Shown here: piece by piece, positions 24,354-35,678 of the stretch
How positions within the stretch are numbered: position 1 is the first letter of the stretch
Layout of the letters: every line of letters begins with the position of its first letter
DNA from: Octopus bimaculoides
Lineage: Eukaryota
Reading direction: 5' to 3'
Assembly: GCF_001194135.2 (NCBI RefSeq)
Contig: NC_068985.1
Location: 18,106,094-18,142,085 of the forward strand
DNA length: 35,992 bases
Notes under the pieces: generated by a model
What the model was told of the DNA's origin: nothing
Database searches by the model: none
What the model saw: only the letters and a program-made list of their open reading frames with translations
Program-made: the position numbers and the translations under genes

Positions 24354-24719
24354 NNNNNNNNNNNNNNNNNNNNNNNNNNNNNNNNNNNNNNNNNNNNNNN
24401 NNNNNNNNNNNNNNNNNNNNNNNNNNNNNNNNNNNNNNNNNNNNNNNNNNNNNNNNNNNNNNNNNNNNNNNNNNNNNNNNNNNNNNNNNNNNNNNNNNNN
24501 NNNNNNNNNNNNTATATATATATATATATATTAGACATACATACATACATGCATGCATGCGTGACCATACACACACATATGACACGTGCATATGTACTCC
24601 TGTGTGTGCGTATGTGTATGTGTATACAGCGTTAAACGTTTGTTTACATGTATATTTAATTTAATTTATAGAACTCCATTATACAAATATACTGTATATT
24701 GCTATATTTTTCGTTTCAG

Positions 24720-25013
24720 AGAGGTACAAACTTCTACAACAATATGTTAAGTTCGATGCATACATCAATCGGCCTTTACAATCTCGCTGGCTTTGGAATC
24801 TCCCATCGTAGCTTACCGTTGCAGAATTACGACATCCTCAGCAGTACTTCTTCCAACAGCAGCAACAGCAATTACAATGATGAATCCAACCAAATGACTG
24901 TAAGTTTGAATGGCAAACACAACAATGACCTGAAGTCCCCTGATCATGCTTCATTATTGACTGTCTTGCATAGGCGCGCTCCTTTCTTCGGTGGAACATC
25001 AGAAATAAATTAA
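24720..25013 (+). CDS. Probable downstream or terminal coding exon of the homeobox gene (RGTNFYNNML...GGTSEIN*)
   Basis: Strong acceptor tttttcgtttcAG at 24718-24719. Only the phase-0 frame is open, which matches the 10234 donor. The peptide is Ser/Asn-rich like a transcription-factor tail, in non-repeat sequence. An internal GTAAGT at 24900 could end the exon earlier. Confidence 0.6.
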   Translation, partial: RGTNFYNNMLSSMHTSIGLYNLAGFGISHRSLPLQNYDILSSTSSNSSNSNYNDESNQMTVSLNGKHNNDLKSPDHASLLTVLHRRAPFFGGTSEIN

Positions 25014-25259
25014 TTAGTGATTTGAGAAAAGCACAACATCCGAATCATTGACTATGAATATGGTGAAAAATAATGACTGGCAACACAAATATATTTCCTG
25101 ATATTCACTGAATTCTTTATTCTAATCAATTATACTTGCCTGCTTGATATTTCTGCTTGTTTTACCAAATGTTTTCATCGTTTAGTTTGTTTGTTTTTTA
25201 TATCGTTGTTCAAGTATTCAGTCAACATAAAGTCTTATTGTTATTATTATTGTTATTAC

Positions 25260-25332
<73 letters not shown>

Positions 25333-25336
25333 GTTG

Positions 25337-25549
25337 TTCAGTAGTTTCATTTTTATAACGTGCTTTCACTTCACTACCGAGCGCAGCTCTGTGTGCCTTG
25401 GGTATGTGCTGTGGTTTGCTGTGATGCTCTTATGGTTACTGTATTGAAAGTGTTTTGTGTGGGATGTGTGCAGTGCCCAGTAGTGCAATTTTCTGTATGT
25501 TATATATATTTGTAAGTCCTGGTGTTTTTGTTATGCATTTGTCTGAATA

Positions 25550-25552
<3 letters not shown>
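25337..25552 (-). mobile_element. 5'-truncated 3' end of an R4/Dong-type LINE inside (TAA)n
   Basis: The minus strand reads KCITKTPGLTNIYNIQKIALLGTAHIPHKTLSIQ* (stop 25436-25438), then a ~100-nt UTR. (ATT)n tracts flank both sides. Confidence 0.75.
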
Positions 25553-25602
<50 letters not shown>

Positions 25603-25603
25603 G

Positions 25604-25678
<75 letters not shown>

Positions 25679-25693
25679 CATCATCATTATCAG

Positions 25694-25904
25694 GGCGGCC
25701 AGCTGGCAGAATCGTTAGCGCGCTGGACGAAATGCTTAGCAGTATTTCGCCCATCGCTACGGAGTTCAAATTCCGCCGGGGTCGACTGACTTTGCCTTTC
25801 ATCCTTTCGAGGTCGATTAAATAAGTACCAGTTACGCACTGGGGTCGTTATAATCGACTTAATCCCTTCCCCAAATTTGAGGCCTTGCGCTTCCAGTAGA
25901 AAGG
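25694..25904 (+). mobile_element. SINE family B, full length, inside (ATT)n
   Basis: Complete head, centre and tail (cagtagaaagg) between ATT tracts. Confidence 0.92.
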
Positions 25905-25964
<60 letters not shown>

Positions 25965-26514
25965 GAGTGAGAGAGCAGTGCATGCCATCAAAGTGAGACT
26001 GGGGTAAAATATACGAAGCCCAGTATACCCATCATGAATACCCGTCTGATAAGGGTGCACCAGGCACATGCATCACGACCATATGTGCGCGACATGGTGA
26101 CCTCAAAGCAGAATAAACACCACATGACGTTGCAAGTGGGACCCAGTTAGAATTTTCTTTAGGTCGAGTAGCCCATCCCGCTCAAAAGGTCCCTCTGAAT
26201 AAGGGTTATTTAAGGATGTTGAACAAAACACCCATGTTTCCAAAGATAAAATATCCAAACCCTCAAAGAATTCCTCTCAACACATGGCAATGATGCCCCC
26301 CAGCTACTTCTGCTCATGATCAGAGATGCACATATCGTCAGCCACTAAGGGACATGCTTAACTGGTTGAGGTCAAGCAACTGACAAGCAAATCTTTGGTA
26401 TTGAGCTGAATATTTTCTGTAGCCTATCTTTTATACCAAGACAAAACAATGTATATGATAACACTTCCAACCAGTTAAGATCAGAAGCCATGAGAGCCTT
26501 GTACTGCATCAGGG
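25965..26514. mobile_element. ~550-bp non-coding interspersed repeat bounded by ATT repeats, family unassigned
   Basis: Sharp boundaries against ATT runs. Its right end (ttaagatcagaagccatgagagcc...tgcatcaggg) recurs as a diverged fragment at ~26730-26786, again followed by ATT. Confidence 0.65.
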
Positions 26515-26829
26515 ATATTATTATTATTACACGTCGCTGATTGGTTGAAATTACCCAAATACGACAACTTTAACAGGAAATAACTTCTAAAATACGAAAT
26601 TTTGACAAAAGCGTTCAGAGTAAACCGTGTTCTACATGAGAAATTCTACCAGTATTCAAAGTTTCAAACTGTTTAGCTGAAAAATTAATTTAAAAATCTG
26701 TGACTGAGATGGAATAGATCCCATAAAACATCTAATCAATTAAGATCAAAAGCTCTGAGAGCCACTGCCTGGTATTGCATCAGGGCATGTATTACCATTA
26801 TTATTATTGTTATTGTAGTTTTTGTGAAA

Positions 26830-27186
26830 GGCGACAAGCTGGCAGAATCGTTAGCACGCTGGACGAAATGCTTAGCGATATTTCGCCTGTCGCTACACTC
26901 AGAGTTCAAATTTCGCCGAGGCTGACTTTACCTTTCATACTTTTGGGATCGATAAATTAAATACCAGTTGCGTACTAGAGTCGATCTAATCGACTAGCTC
27001 CCTTCCCAAAAATCTCAGGCCTTGTGCCTATAGTAGAAAGGATTAGCATTGTTGTTGTTAGCGGCGAGCTGGCACAATCGTTAACACACAAGACAAAATG
27101 CTTAGCGACATTTCATCCACCTTTTATGTTCTGAGTTCAAATTCCACCGAGGCCGACTTTGCTTTTCATCCTTTCGTGGTCGATAA
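26830..27186 (+). mobile_element. Two tandem SINE family B copies; the second runs into a gap
   Basis: Heads at 26830 and ~27061. Confidence 0.88.
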
Positions 27187-27722
27187 NNNNNNNNNNNNNN
27201 NNNNNNNNNNNNNNNNNNNNNNNNNNNNNNNNNNNNNNNNNNNNNNNNNNNNNNNNNNNNNNNNNNNNNNNNNNNNNNNNNNNNNNNNNNNNNNNNNNNN
27301 NNNNNNNNNNNNNNNNNNNNNNNNNNNNNNNNNNNNNNNNNNNNNNNNNNNNNNNNNNNNNNNNNNNNNNNNNNNNNNNNNNNNNNNNNNNNNNNNNNNN
27401 NNNNNNNNNNNNNNNNNNNNNNNNNNNNNNNNNNNNNNNNNNNNNNNNNNNNNNNNNNNNNNNNNNNNNNNNNNNNNNNNNNNNNNNNNNNNNNNNNNNN
27501 NNNNNNNNNNNNNNNNNNNNNNNNNNNNNNNNNNAAATCTAGTTAAAGTCGACTTTGCGTTTCTTACTTTCAATGTTGACTAAATAAACTACCTACTGAT
27601 TACTGAAGTTGATCTAATCGGTTGTATTCATTCTACACACGAGTTCTTATGCTTATGTAAAAAAAAAATCAATAGGACGCCTTCCGATTGATATTTTTAC
27701 GCCCGCTTCTTACCACACAGAC

Positions 27723-27874
27723 AGCGTGGGTGTGTGGTAAGAAGTTTGCTTCCCAACCACATGGTTCGGGGTTCAGTCCACTGTGTTGCACTATGGGCAG
27801 TGTCTTCTACTATAGCCTCGGGCCGACCAAAGCCTTGTGAGTAGATTTAGTATGCGGAAACTTAAAGAAACCCA

Positions 27875-27910
<36 letters not shown>

Positions 27911-28043
27911 CAAAAGAGACCGACAGAATAAGATCCAGGCTTTAAAAAAATGTACTGGGGTCGATTCATTTGACTTAAAATTCTTCAAGGCAGTGCTCCA
28001 GCATGGCCGAAGTCTAATAACTGAAACAAATAAGAGATAAAAG
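27723..28043 (+). mobile_element. SINE family A with an internal deletion after (TG)n
   Basis: Head and tail motifs as in the other copies. Confidence 0.88.
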
Positions 28044-28086
28044 ACTGTAAGCATTGGTGAGATTGTCCCCAGTTCAAACCCGACAG

Positions 28087-28524
28087 TACACAATGCTTCA
28101 AGCGACCTGCAAATACTCCCTTATCTCTACGCCTGGGTCGAGTTCGCAACCGCTAGGGAGTTGATCAAGCTATCTGAGAAGCGTGCTAAAATCGGATGCC
28201 AAATAAAAAGAAAAGCCGTTGGAAAACCGATTATAGCAGCGACTCCATCTAAGAATATCTGAAGAAGGAATTTTATTCCGAAATATCATCAGACTATGGA
28301 TGACTAAAATTACAACAGGTATATATCCCATTGTTTGTATTATAGTACGTTGTTGTACCATTCAAAACCTTTTATTCTTTACAAACAATACACAATGCTT
28401 CAAGCGACCTGCAAATACTCCCTTATCTCTACGCCTGGGTCGAGTTCGCAACCGCTAGGGAGTTGATCAAGCTATCTGAGAAGCGTGCTAAAATCGGATG
28501 CCAAATAAAAAGAAAAGCCGTTGG
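28087..28524 (+). repeat. Direct repeat with 302-bp period running into an N gap
   Basis: 28087-28222 recurs identically at 28389-28524, where the 818-N gap begins. Confidence 0.85.
28255..28297 (+). ncRNA. Hammerhead-like core in a 302-bp repeat unit
   Basis: CTGAAGA (28259-28265)-a-ggaat-ttt-attcc-GAAA (28280-28283)-tatc-atcagac. Helix II is 5 bp, AUC is available as a triplet, and helix I is weak. Confidence 0.55.
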
Positions 28525-29343
28525 NNNNNNNNNNNNNNNNNNNNNNNNNNNNNNNNNNNNNNNNNNNNNNNNNNNNNNNNNNNNNNNNNNNNNNNNNNNN
28601 NNNNNNNNNNNNNNNNNNNNNNNNNNNNNNNNNNNNNNNNNNNNNNNNNNNNNNNNNNNNNNNNNNNNNNNNNNNNNNNNNNNNNNNNNNNNNNNNNNNN
28701 NNNNNNNNNNNNNNNNNNNNNNNNNNNNNNNNNNNNNNNNNNNNNNNNNNNNNNNNNNNNNNNNNNNNNNNNNNNNNNNNNNNNNNNNNNNNNNNNNNNN
28801 NNNNNNNNNNNNNNNNNNNNNNNNNNNNNNNNNNNNNNNNNNNNNNNNNNNNNNNNNNNNNNNNNNNNNNNNNNNNNNNNNNNNNNNNNNNNNNNNNNNN
28901 NNNNNNNNNNNNNNNNNNNNNNNNNNNNNNNNNNNNNNNNNNNNNNNNNNNNNNNNNNNNNNNNNNNNNNNNNNNNNNNNNNNNNNNNNNNNNNNNNNNN
29001 NNNNNNNNNNNNNNNNNNNNNNNNNNNNNNNNNNNNNNNNNNNNNNNNNNNNNNNNNNNNNNNNNNNNNNNNNNNNNNNNNNNNNNNNNNNNNNNNNNNN
29101 NNNNNNNNNNNNNNNNNNNNNNNNNNNNNNNNNNNNNNNNNNNNNNNNNNNNNNNNNNNNNNNNNNNNNNNNNNNNNNNNNNNNNNNNNNNNNNNNNNNN
29201 NNNNNNNNNNNNNNNNNNNNNNNNNNNNNNNNNNNNNNNNNNNNNNNNNNNNNNNNNNNNNNNNNNNNNNNNNNNNNNNNNNNNNNNNNNNNNNNNNNNN
29301 NNNNNNNNNNNNNNNNNNNNNNNNNNNNNNNNNNNNNNNNNNA

Positions 29344-29392
<49 letters not shown>

Positions 29393-29424
29393 TATATGTG
29401 TGTGTGCGTGTGTGTGTGTGTGTG

Positions 29425-29600
29425 TACGACAGCTTTCCACACAACTTCCACCTACGAATTTCCCTCACAGAGCATTGGCCGGTCTGAGGCTATAGTAGAA
29501 GACGCTTGCTCAGTGTGCTGCGCAGTGTGACAGAACTCAAATCCATTTGATTGCAAAGTGAGCTCATTAATCCATTCTAACGTTTTCGCTACCTCGCCAC
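29425..29600 (-). mobile_element. SINE family A, 5' half, diverged
   Basis: gaggctatagtagaagacgcttgctcagtgtgctgcgcagtg is the reverse complement of the family core. Confidence 0.75.
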
Positions 29601-30559
29601 TTCTTGATTCAAAGTATTTAAGCATCTACTTTGAAACACCATTGTCATTATTCAAGCTGGAAAATGCGCGCGCACACACAAACACACACACATGCGCGCA
29701 CAGCTACCCATTCATTGTATGATTGCTAACGCAGTTACCTGATTTAGAGAAGTAATTTATCGAGAATGTTACTGCGATAAAAGCGATATATATATATATA
29801 CGTGTGTGTGTGTGTGTGTAGCACTAAATGTATGTATATATATGTATGTTATGTATGCATGTAAGTGTATGTATGCGTGTGTGTGTGGATGTCTGAGTGC
29901 ATGAGTGTATTTGTGTGTGTATGTGTGTGTAGTAATAAATGTATGTATATATGTAACAAATGAAATAAATGTTTGAGTAGAAGAAAACACTCGTTTACAA
30001 AAACAAACTGGAAATGTACGCCATTAAGACGAAGTTTAAGATGAAACATGAGTTTAATTTTAAAGTGCTGTAAATTATTCAGTAAATTCGCAATTAACCA
30101 AACGCTTAGAAAGAATTCTAAAACACCACAATATATAGAAACTATCTATTTATTTGATATAAAATAGAAGCTTGAAACATTTATCATTAAAATGTAAGTT
30201 ACATTCTGTCACATATAAATGAGATTTCTTTTGCTGTAAACAAAAAATCTTCCGAGCCGTGTTTAATTTTCAAATGCTTGAAGAAAAGACGGGATAACTT
30301 AATTTGCAAGAAGGTATTGCAGAAAAACCAGATTGTCTTGAAGTTGTTTGTGTCTTACCCTTCAGCTTTCTACTTGTTAGATCGAAATGGGATATGAAAC
30401 AAAGAAATCCAAGCTTGTCAAGTTAAAGACAATCTCTTATTAGTTTAGCAGGTTATAAACCTTATGGCTAAGACTCTAAACAACAGGTTCTGAACTTCAA
30501 AGTTATAAACCTTACAGTTTAAACCAACCTTCATTTAAAATAAGCGGAAGCTGTATGTC

Positions 30560-30964
30560 AGGCGTAGGAATGGCTACGTGGTAAACAAGCTCGCTCAGCA
30601 ACCATGTAGTTTCGATCCCACTGTGCGGCACCCCTGGCAAGAATCTTCTACTATAGCCTCGGCTCAATTAATGCCCTGCGAGTGAATTCTGTGGGAGGAA
30701 ATTGCGTGGAAGTTTGTCACATATGCGTGTATGTGTATATTTACGTGAGTGCGTATCTGCGTTTGCGAATGTCCCCACTATCACTCGACAAACGGTGCTG
30801 GTTTGTTTATGTCGCCGTAACGTAGCAGTTCGGCAAATGTCCGACAGAATAAGTGCTAGATTTTAACAATAAGTAATGGGGTTCGATTTGTTCGATTAAA
30901 CCCTTCAAGGCAGTATCTCCAGCATAGCTGCAGTCCAGTGACTGAAACAAGTAAAAGTTAAAGA
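30560..30964 (+). mobile_element. SINE family A, diverged full-length copy
   Basis: Head ggcgtaggaatggct, cttctactatagcctcgg, tail tgactgaaacaagtaaaag. Confidence 0.85.
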
Positions 30965-31508
30965 TAGGCGCAGGAGTGGCTATGTGGTAAGTAGCTTGCT
31001 TACCAACCACATGGTTCCGGGTTCAGTCCCACCGCGTGACACTTTGAGCAAGTGTCTTCTACTATAGCCTCGGGCCGACCAAAGCCTTGTGAGTGGATTT
31101 GGTAGACGGAAACTGAAAGAAGACGGTCATATATATGTATGACCGATAGAATAAGTAAGAGGCTTCCAAAGAATAAGTCCTGGGGTCGATTTGTTCGACT
31201 AAAGATGGTGCTCCAGCATGGCCGAAGTCAAATGACTGAAACAAGTAAAAGAGTAAATGAGTAAAGAGTAAAGAGTAAAGAATAAAGAGTATATGTGTGT
31301 GTGTATTTGTATGTCTGTGTTTGTCCCCCCCACATCGTTTGACAACCGATGCTGGTGTGTTTAGGTCCCCGTAACTTAGCGGTTCGGCAAAAGAGACCGC
31401 TAGAATAAGTACTAGGCTTACAAAGAATAAGTCCTGGGGTCGACTTGCTCGACTAAAGGCGGTGCTCCAGCATGGCCGCAGTCAAATGACTGAAACAAGT
31501 AAAAGAGT
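30965..31508 (+). mobile_element. SINE family A composite with two 3' tails
   Basis: 5' half at 30965-31140, distal 3' segment and tail at 31141-31290, then (TG)n and a complete 3' half to 31508. Confidence 0.88.
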
Positions 31509-31597
31509 ATGTGTGAGAAAAGCTGTATATGAAGGATATACTTCTTGCTACTTGGACATATTTGGTCTCAAGTGTGGCAGAAGGTCAGCAATTTCGG

Positions 31598-31770
31598 GGG
31601 AGGAAACAAGTAAATTACATCGACCTCAGTGTGCAACTGGTACTTGTTTATCGACCCCAAAATGATGAAAGGCAAAGTCAACCCCGGCAGTATTTGAACT
31701 CAGAACGTAAAGTCGAAAGAAATGCCGCTCAGCATTTTGTCCGGCGCGGTAACGATTCTGCCAGCTCACA
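31598..31770 (-). mobile_element. SINE family B
   Basis: atcgaccccaaaatgatgaaaggcaaagtcaacc...taacgattctgccagctc. Confidence 0.85.
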
Positions 31771-32469
31771 GCCATTCTAGTCGGAAATATAAGGTTCGCG
31801 CTAATTGTTATATTCTGTCCGGTATTTTCGATGAAATGAGTAGTTTACATGGTAATAAAAGCGCCAAACTAAATTATTTGCAGTTGCAGACACATCTTTA
31901 TTGTCCAGAATCAAATACTTTGGTATTCAGGATCCTTTTAAAAATGATTAAAACAAGTTTTAAGCAACCAACTACATAGTTCCCTGCAAAAGTTGGTAAT
32001 TGTAAAACTAGGAACAGTTAATGTATTAATTTCATTCACTCGATTGCTTCATAATTTTTAATCAGAGAAGATTTCAATCAATGGATATTTATCCTTTAAC
32101 AGGTGCGAATAAATGGAGGTCGTGGTGTTCATACTTTAGTGCATTAATAACATAAACGAAGTAATAAAAAACTACAATAAGGAATTCAAATGCAAGATTT
32201 CACAGTTCTAGTATTTACTCCTTCATAGTTAGCCTATGAACATTTTCAGCCCACCCTCGTATACAGAGGTTCAACATCTAGGAGCCATCTTGAATTTGTC
32301 CCAAATCCGTTACTCTACTTCCGATTTCGTACTACTTGCCCACGAAACTTAGATCATGAATCAGAAGAAAATTGGTATTAATATAGATAGATACATACAT
32401 ACATACATATATATACATACATACATACATACATACATACATACATACATACATACATACATACATGTT

Positions 32470-32696
32470 ATTCTTTTATTTGCTTCAGTCATTTGACTGT
32501 GGTCATGCTGGAGCACCGCCTTTAGTTGAACAAATCGACCCCAGGACTTTTTATTTGTAAGCCTAGTACTTATTCTATCGGTCGCTTTTGCCGAACCGCT
32601 AAATTACAGGGACTTAAGCACACCAACATCGGTTGTCAAGCGATGTTGGGGGGACAAACACAGACACACAAACACATACATACATACATACATACA

Positions 32697-32730
<34 letters not shown>

Positions 32731-32879
32731 CGACAGGCTTCTTTCAGTTTCCATCTACCAAATCTACTCGCAAGGCTTTGGTCGGCTTGAAGCTATAGTA
32801 GAAGACACTTGTCGAAGGTGCCATGCAGTGGGACTGAACCCATAACCATGTGACTGGGAAGCAAGTTTCTTATCACACA
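32470..32879 (-). mobile_element. SINE family A, near full length
   Basis: Reverse complement of the family A sequence with a central (ACAT)n tract. Confidence 0.9.
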
Positions 32880-33643
32880 ATAAAATATAAGTAACAAAGA
32901 TGTACAGGTGTCAATTCATTACGGCCGTTTCAAACGAACCCTTTAACTGATTAATGAGAGCATTACATCATTGTAAAAAAACCGTTATCGACAGATGAAT
33001 TCATAGTCTTCAAACATGAAGGACAGTTCAACTTATTCAACGTAGTTAACAAATTTTCGGAGTAAAAATGTTTACATTGATCTAGCTAGATTTCAGTTGG
33101 CAGATTGAACTTATCAGAATTTGGTCAGAACAAGGAAGAATTTTTGAGATGTTAGAGTTTATAGTAGTGGGAGGAGATAATTGACCCAAGTGACTCAGTT
33201 ATCTAAACTTCTAACAATAGGGGAAGGATCGGCTCCGATCGTCTAGATTTGTTTATCTTAAGTTGTTTATGTGTACTGTAGAAGTAAGAGAAGCAATTTA
33301 TGACAGGTCAGCTTACTAAATTATCAAAAGTGATGGGACTATATGTCGACTTAATCTTCCAAATGGACAAGGCATAAAGTAGTAATAATGGAGTGGGTGA
33401 TGGGGTGGGGATGATAGTGAGAAGAAATAAAATAGAAGAAGCTAAATTTACTTATATACATTACCATATTAAAGACCTTGAGAAATAATGGAATAAAATT
33501 TTAAGATAAAATAGGGGTGCTAGTCAAATTCACAATAGAAAAAAGGGGGGGCTATTACAATTTAGCATAATTATAAATTTAGAAAATTAGATATATGGGT
33601 GACGAATAAATTATATCTAAAATTGTTAGAAGAAAGTGTACCT

Positions 33644-33845
33644 GTCTTTGTCCCAGCCACCATCGCTTGATAACCGATGTTGGTGTGTTTACGCCCCGTA
33701 ACTTAGCGGTTCGGCGAGAGACCGATAGAATAAGTACTATGCTTACAAAAAATAAGTCCGGGGTCGATTTCTTCGACTAAAACCCTTTAAGGCGGTGCTC
33801 CAGCATGGCCACAGTCAAATGAATAGAATAAGTAAAAGAATAAGG
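33644..33845 (+). mobile_element. SINE family A, 3' half
   Basis: catcgcttgataaccgatgttggtgtgtttacgccccgtaacttagcggttcgg...cagcatggccacagtcaaatg. Confidence 0.88.
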
Positions 33846-35377
33846 TAATAGAATATAGTTTACTGTTCTGTAATAGGTAGGATCAGCTAAAAAGTATTCT
33901 ATTCAGTGAGAGATAAATATCATTTAATGTACACAGTGTTAAAATAAGAGTCACCAACTGTTATACGCCATGGATACACAGTAATTCGACAGATTTATAT
34001 AACATGGCTTGTATCTCCAAGCATTCTTACAGGCTCCATGCCCATGGTCATTTTTTATTTGATTACCAGGATGCTTGTATATAGGAAAATACGAAAAAAA
34101 AAGAAACAGAAGATTGATGCAAAAAGTGGAATGAGAAAACAAAATGTGAATAAAAACAAAAAACAAAAAAGAGCCAAGAATTGCGTCACCTTTGTCTATA
34201 GAAAACAATTAATCTGACTGGTATAGAATAATTCAATGATGAGAGCGCCAAAGTCTACCAGACAGCTACTCAATCTGAAGAGAGTTGTGTCCTCCAGTTC
34301 GACAGAAGAAATTTGACCATGTGCTTGTGTTTGCAGGAAATTTCGTATCTAATTCCAGATTTCAACAAATGCAAGCACATGGAAAAATTACCGTGGCATG
34401 AAACTATTGGTAGCTTTTATTTTAACACTGTATACATATTTGGTCTGTTGTTATGTACCTAAAATGATAAAATCTGATCCTTAACATTATTGTACAGAAA
34501 AGTGAATATTGTTTTATCTTTAATCCATCAGAGTATTTTTTTTTTTTTTCGTGTCCTGATAGGGTTAGAAGAGTTATATTTTAGATCTGAAATAAAATGC
34601 TTCGATAGAAAACTAAATGGAATTACGATTGGTAGATAGTGATTGAAAACAGGATATTATTTTTATACTGTTGTGTTTCACCACACGATAAGAATTTCGC
34701 TGGATATCAATTATTTGGGAAGGTATTTTACGAACACTGAATTAATGCCGGTATCTCCTCTAGAGATTTTGTTTACATCGTTCACATTCGATCAAATGTA
34801 GTAATATCTGTAAATAGCCATTTTGCGGATAACTTAACACCTTTTCTACATCATTAAATGTGTCGCAGGAAATGATAATGTTTAATTAATGCCAAAGTTT
34901 CGAATGGTCAAGAACCGTAACAGGGAACGCAAATACACGGAAATACAAAAACAATTGTACTCAAGTAGAAAGAAATTCTATTTTTAATTTTTCATAATAA
35001 CACTGAGAATATCTTACATCAAAAGATTTAGCATGTTAAGATTTTCACTCAAAAACTAAATCTCTTGTGGTAAGTAAAAAGAAATTATGCTTATATCATT
35101 TGGAGGAAATTAGCAAAGACTCTAGGCTAGAAAATAAGTTCCATAATAACATATTTGAAATTCGATTTATACTGAGTTTTTGTTTTAATTTTCTCTCGTC
35201 ATTAATGTTCCTAGAAAAGGCATGGACGTTACTACACTATTTTTTTTTTTTTCGTATGAAAAACTTTGGTTTCATGTTTATGTAAGAAACAGCTATTAGA
35301 ATTATTTTGCGTGGAGACGGGCACTACAACCAAAAGTAAACTCGCTGAGACGAATTGATAATTCAATATTGTATTCT

Positions 35378-35638
35378 GGTTAAAGCCTGATAGCGATCGT
35401 GATTTCAATTCTTAGACTAGGCAGTGTGTAGTGTTCTTGAGCAAAAACACTTTGTATCACGTTGCTCTGCGATCACTTCGACACCTGATGAGTGGTACAC
35501 AATGCACCTGTTCAGACATCTATTTGATGGAGTGAGCTAATGCGTGGCACGAACATTTAATCACTATAAACAAGTCATTTGCGCAGGTCGTTCAGTAAAA
35601 GCTAAACACTCATACGTCGCCTGCGACAGGAGAGTCCA
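35378..35638 (+). mobile_element. SINE family C, diverged
   Basis: gtgttcttgagcaaaaacacttt...gttgctctgcgatca...tgcacctgt...atttgatggag, colinear with the 14860 copy. Confidence 0.75.
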
Positions 35639-35647
35639 TTCTATATA

Positions 35648-35678
<31 letters not shown>

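Larger units (their letters stand above)
25225..25964. repeat. Interrupted (ATT)n array
   Basis: Three long ATT tracts (~25230-25332, 25553-25680, 25905-25964) separated by insertions. Confidence 0.95.

Noticed and set aside
26740-26786. taagatca and cctggtattgca resemble U2 snRNA pieces
   Set aside because: Matches are only 8-12 nt, the spacing is wrong, and there is no branch-point recognition or Sm site.
34337-34462. Good acceptor (tgtttgcAG) with 41 open codons, a potential partner for the 24900 donor
   Set aside because: No recognisable motif and no other support. Worth revisiting only if junction reads appear.
35485-35510. CTGATGA-gtg-gta-cac within SINE family C
   Set aside because: No GAAA follows the hairpin, so this is not a hammerhead.
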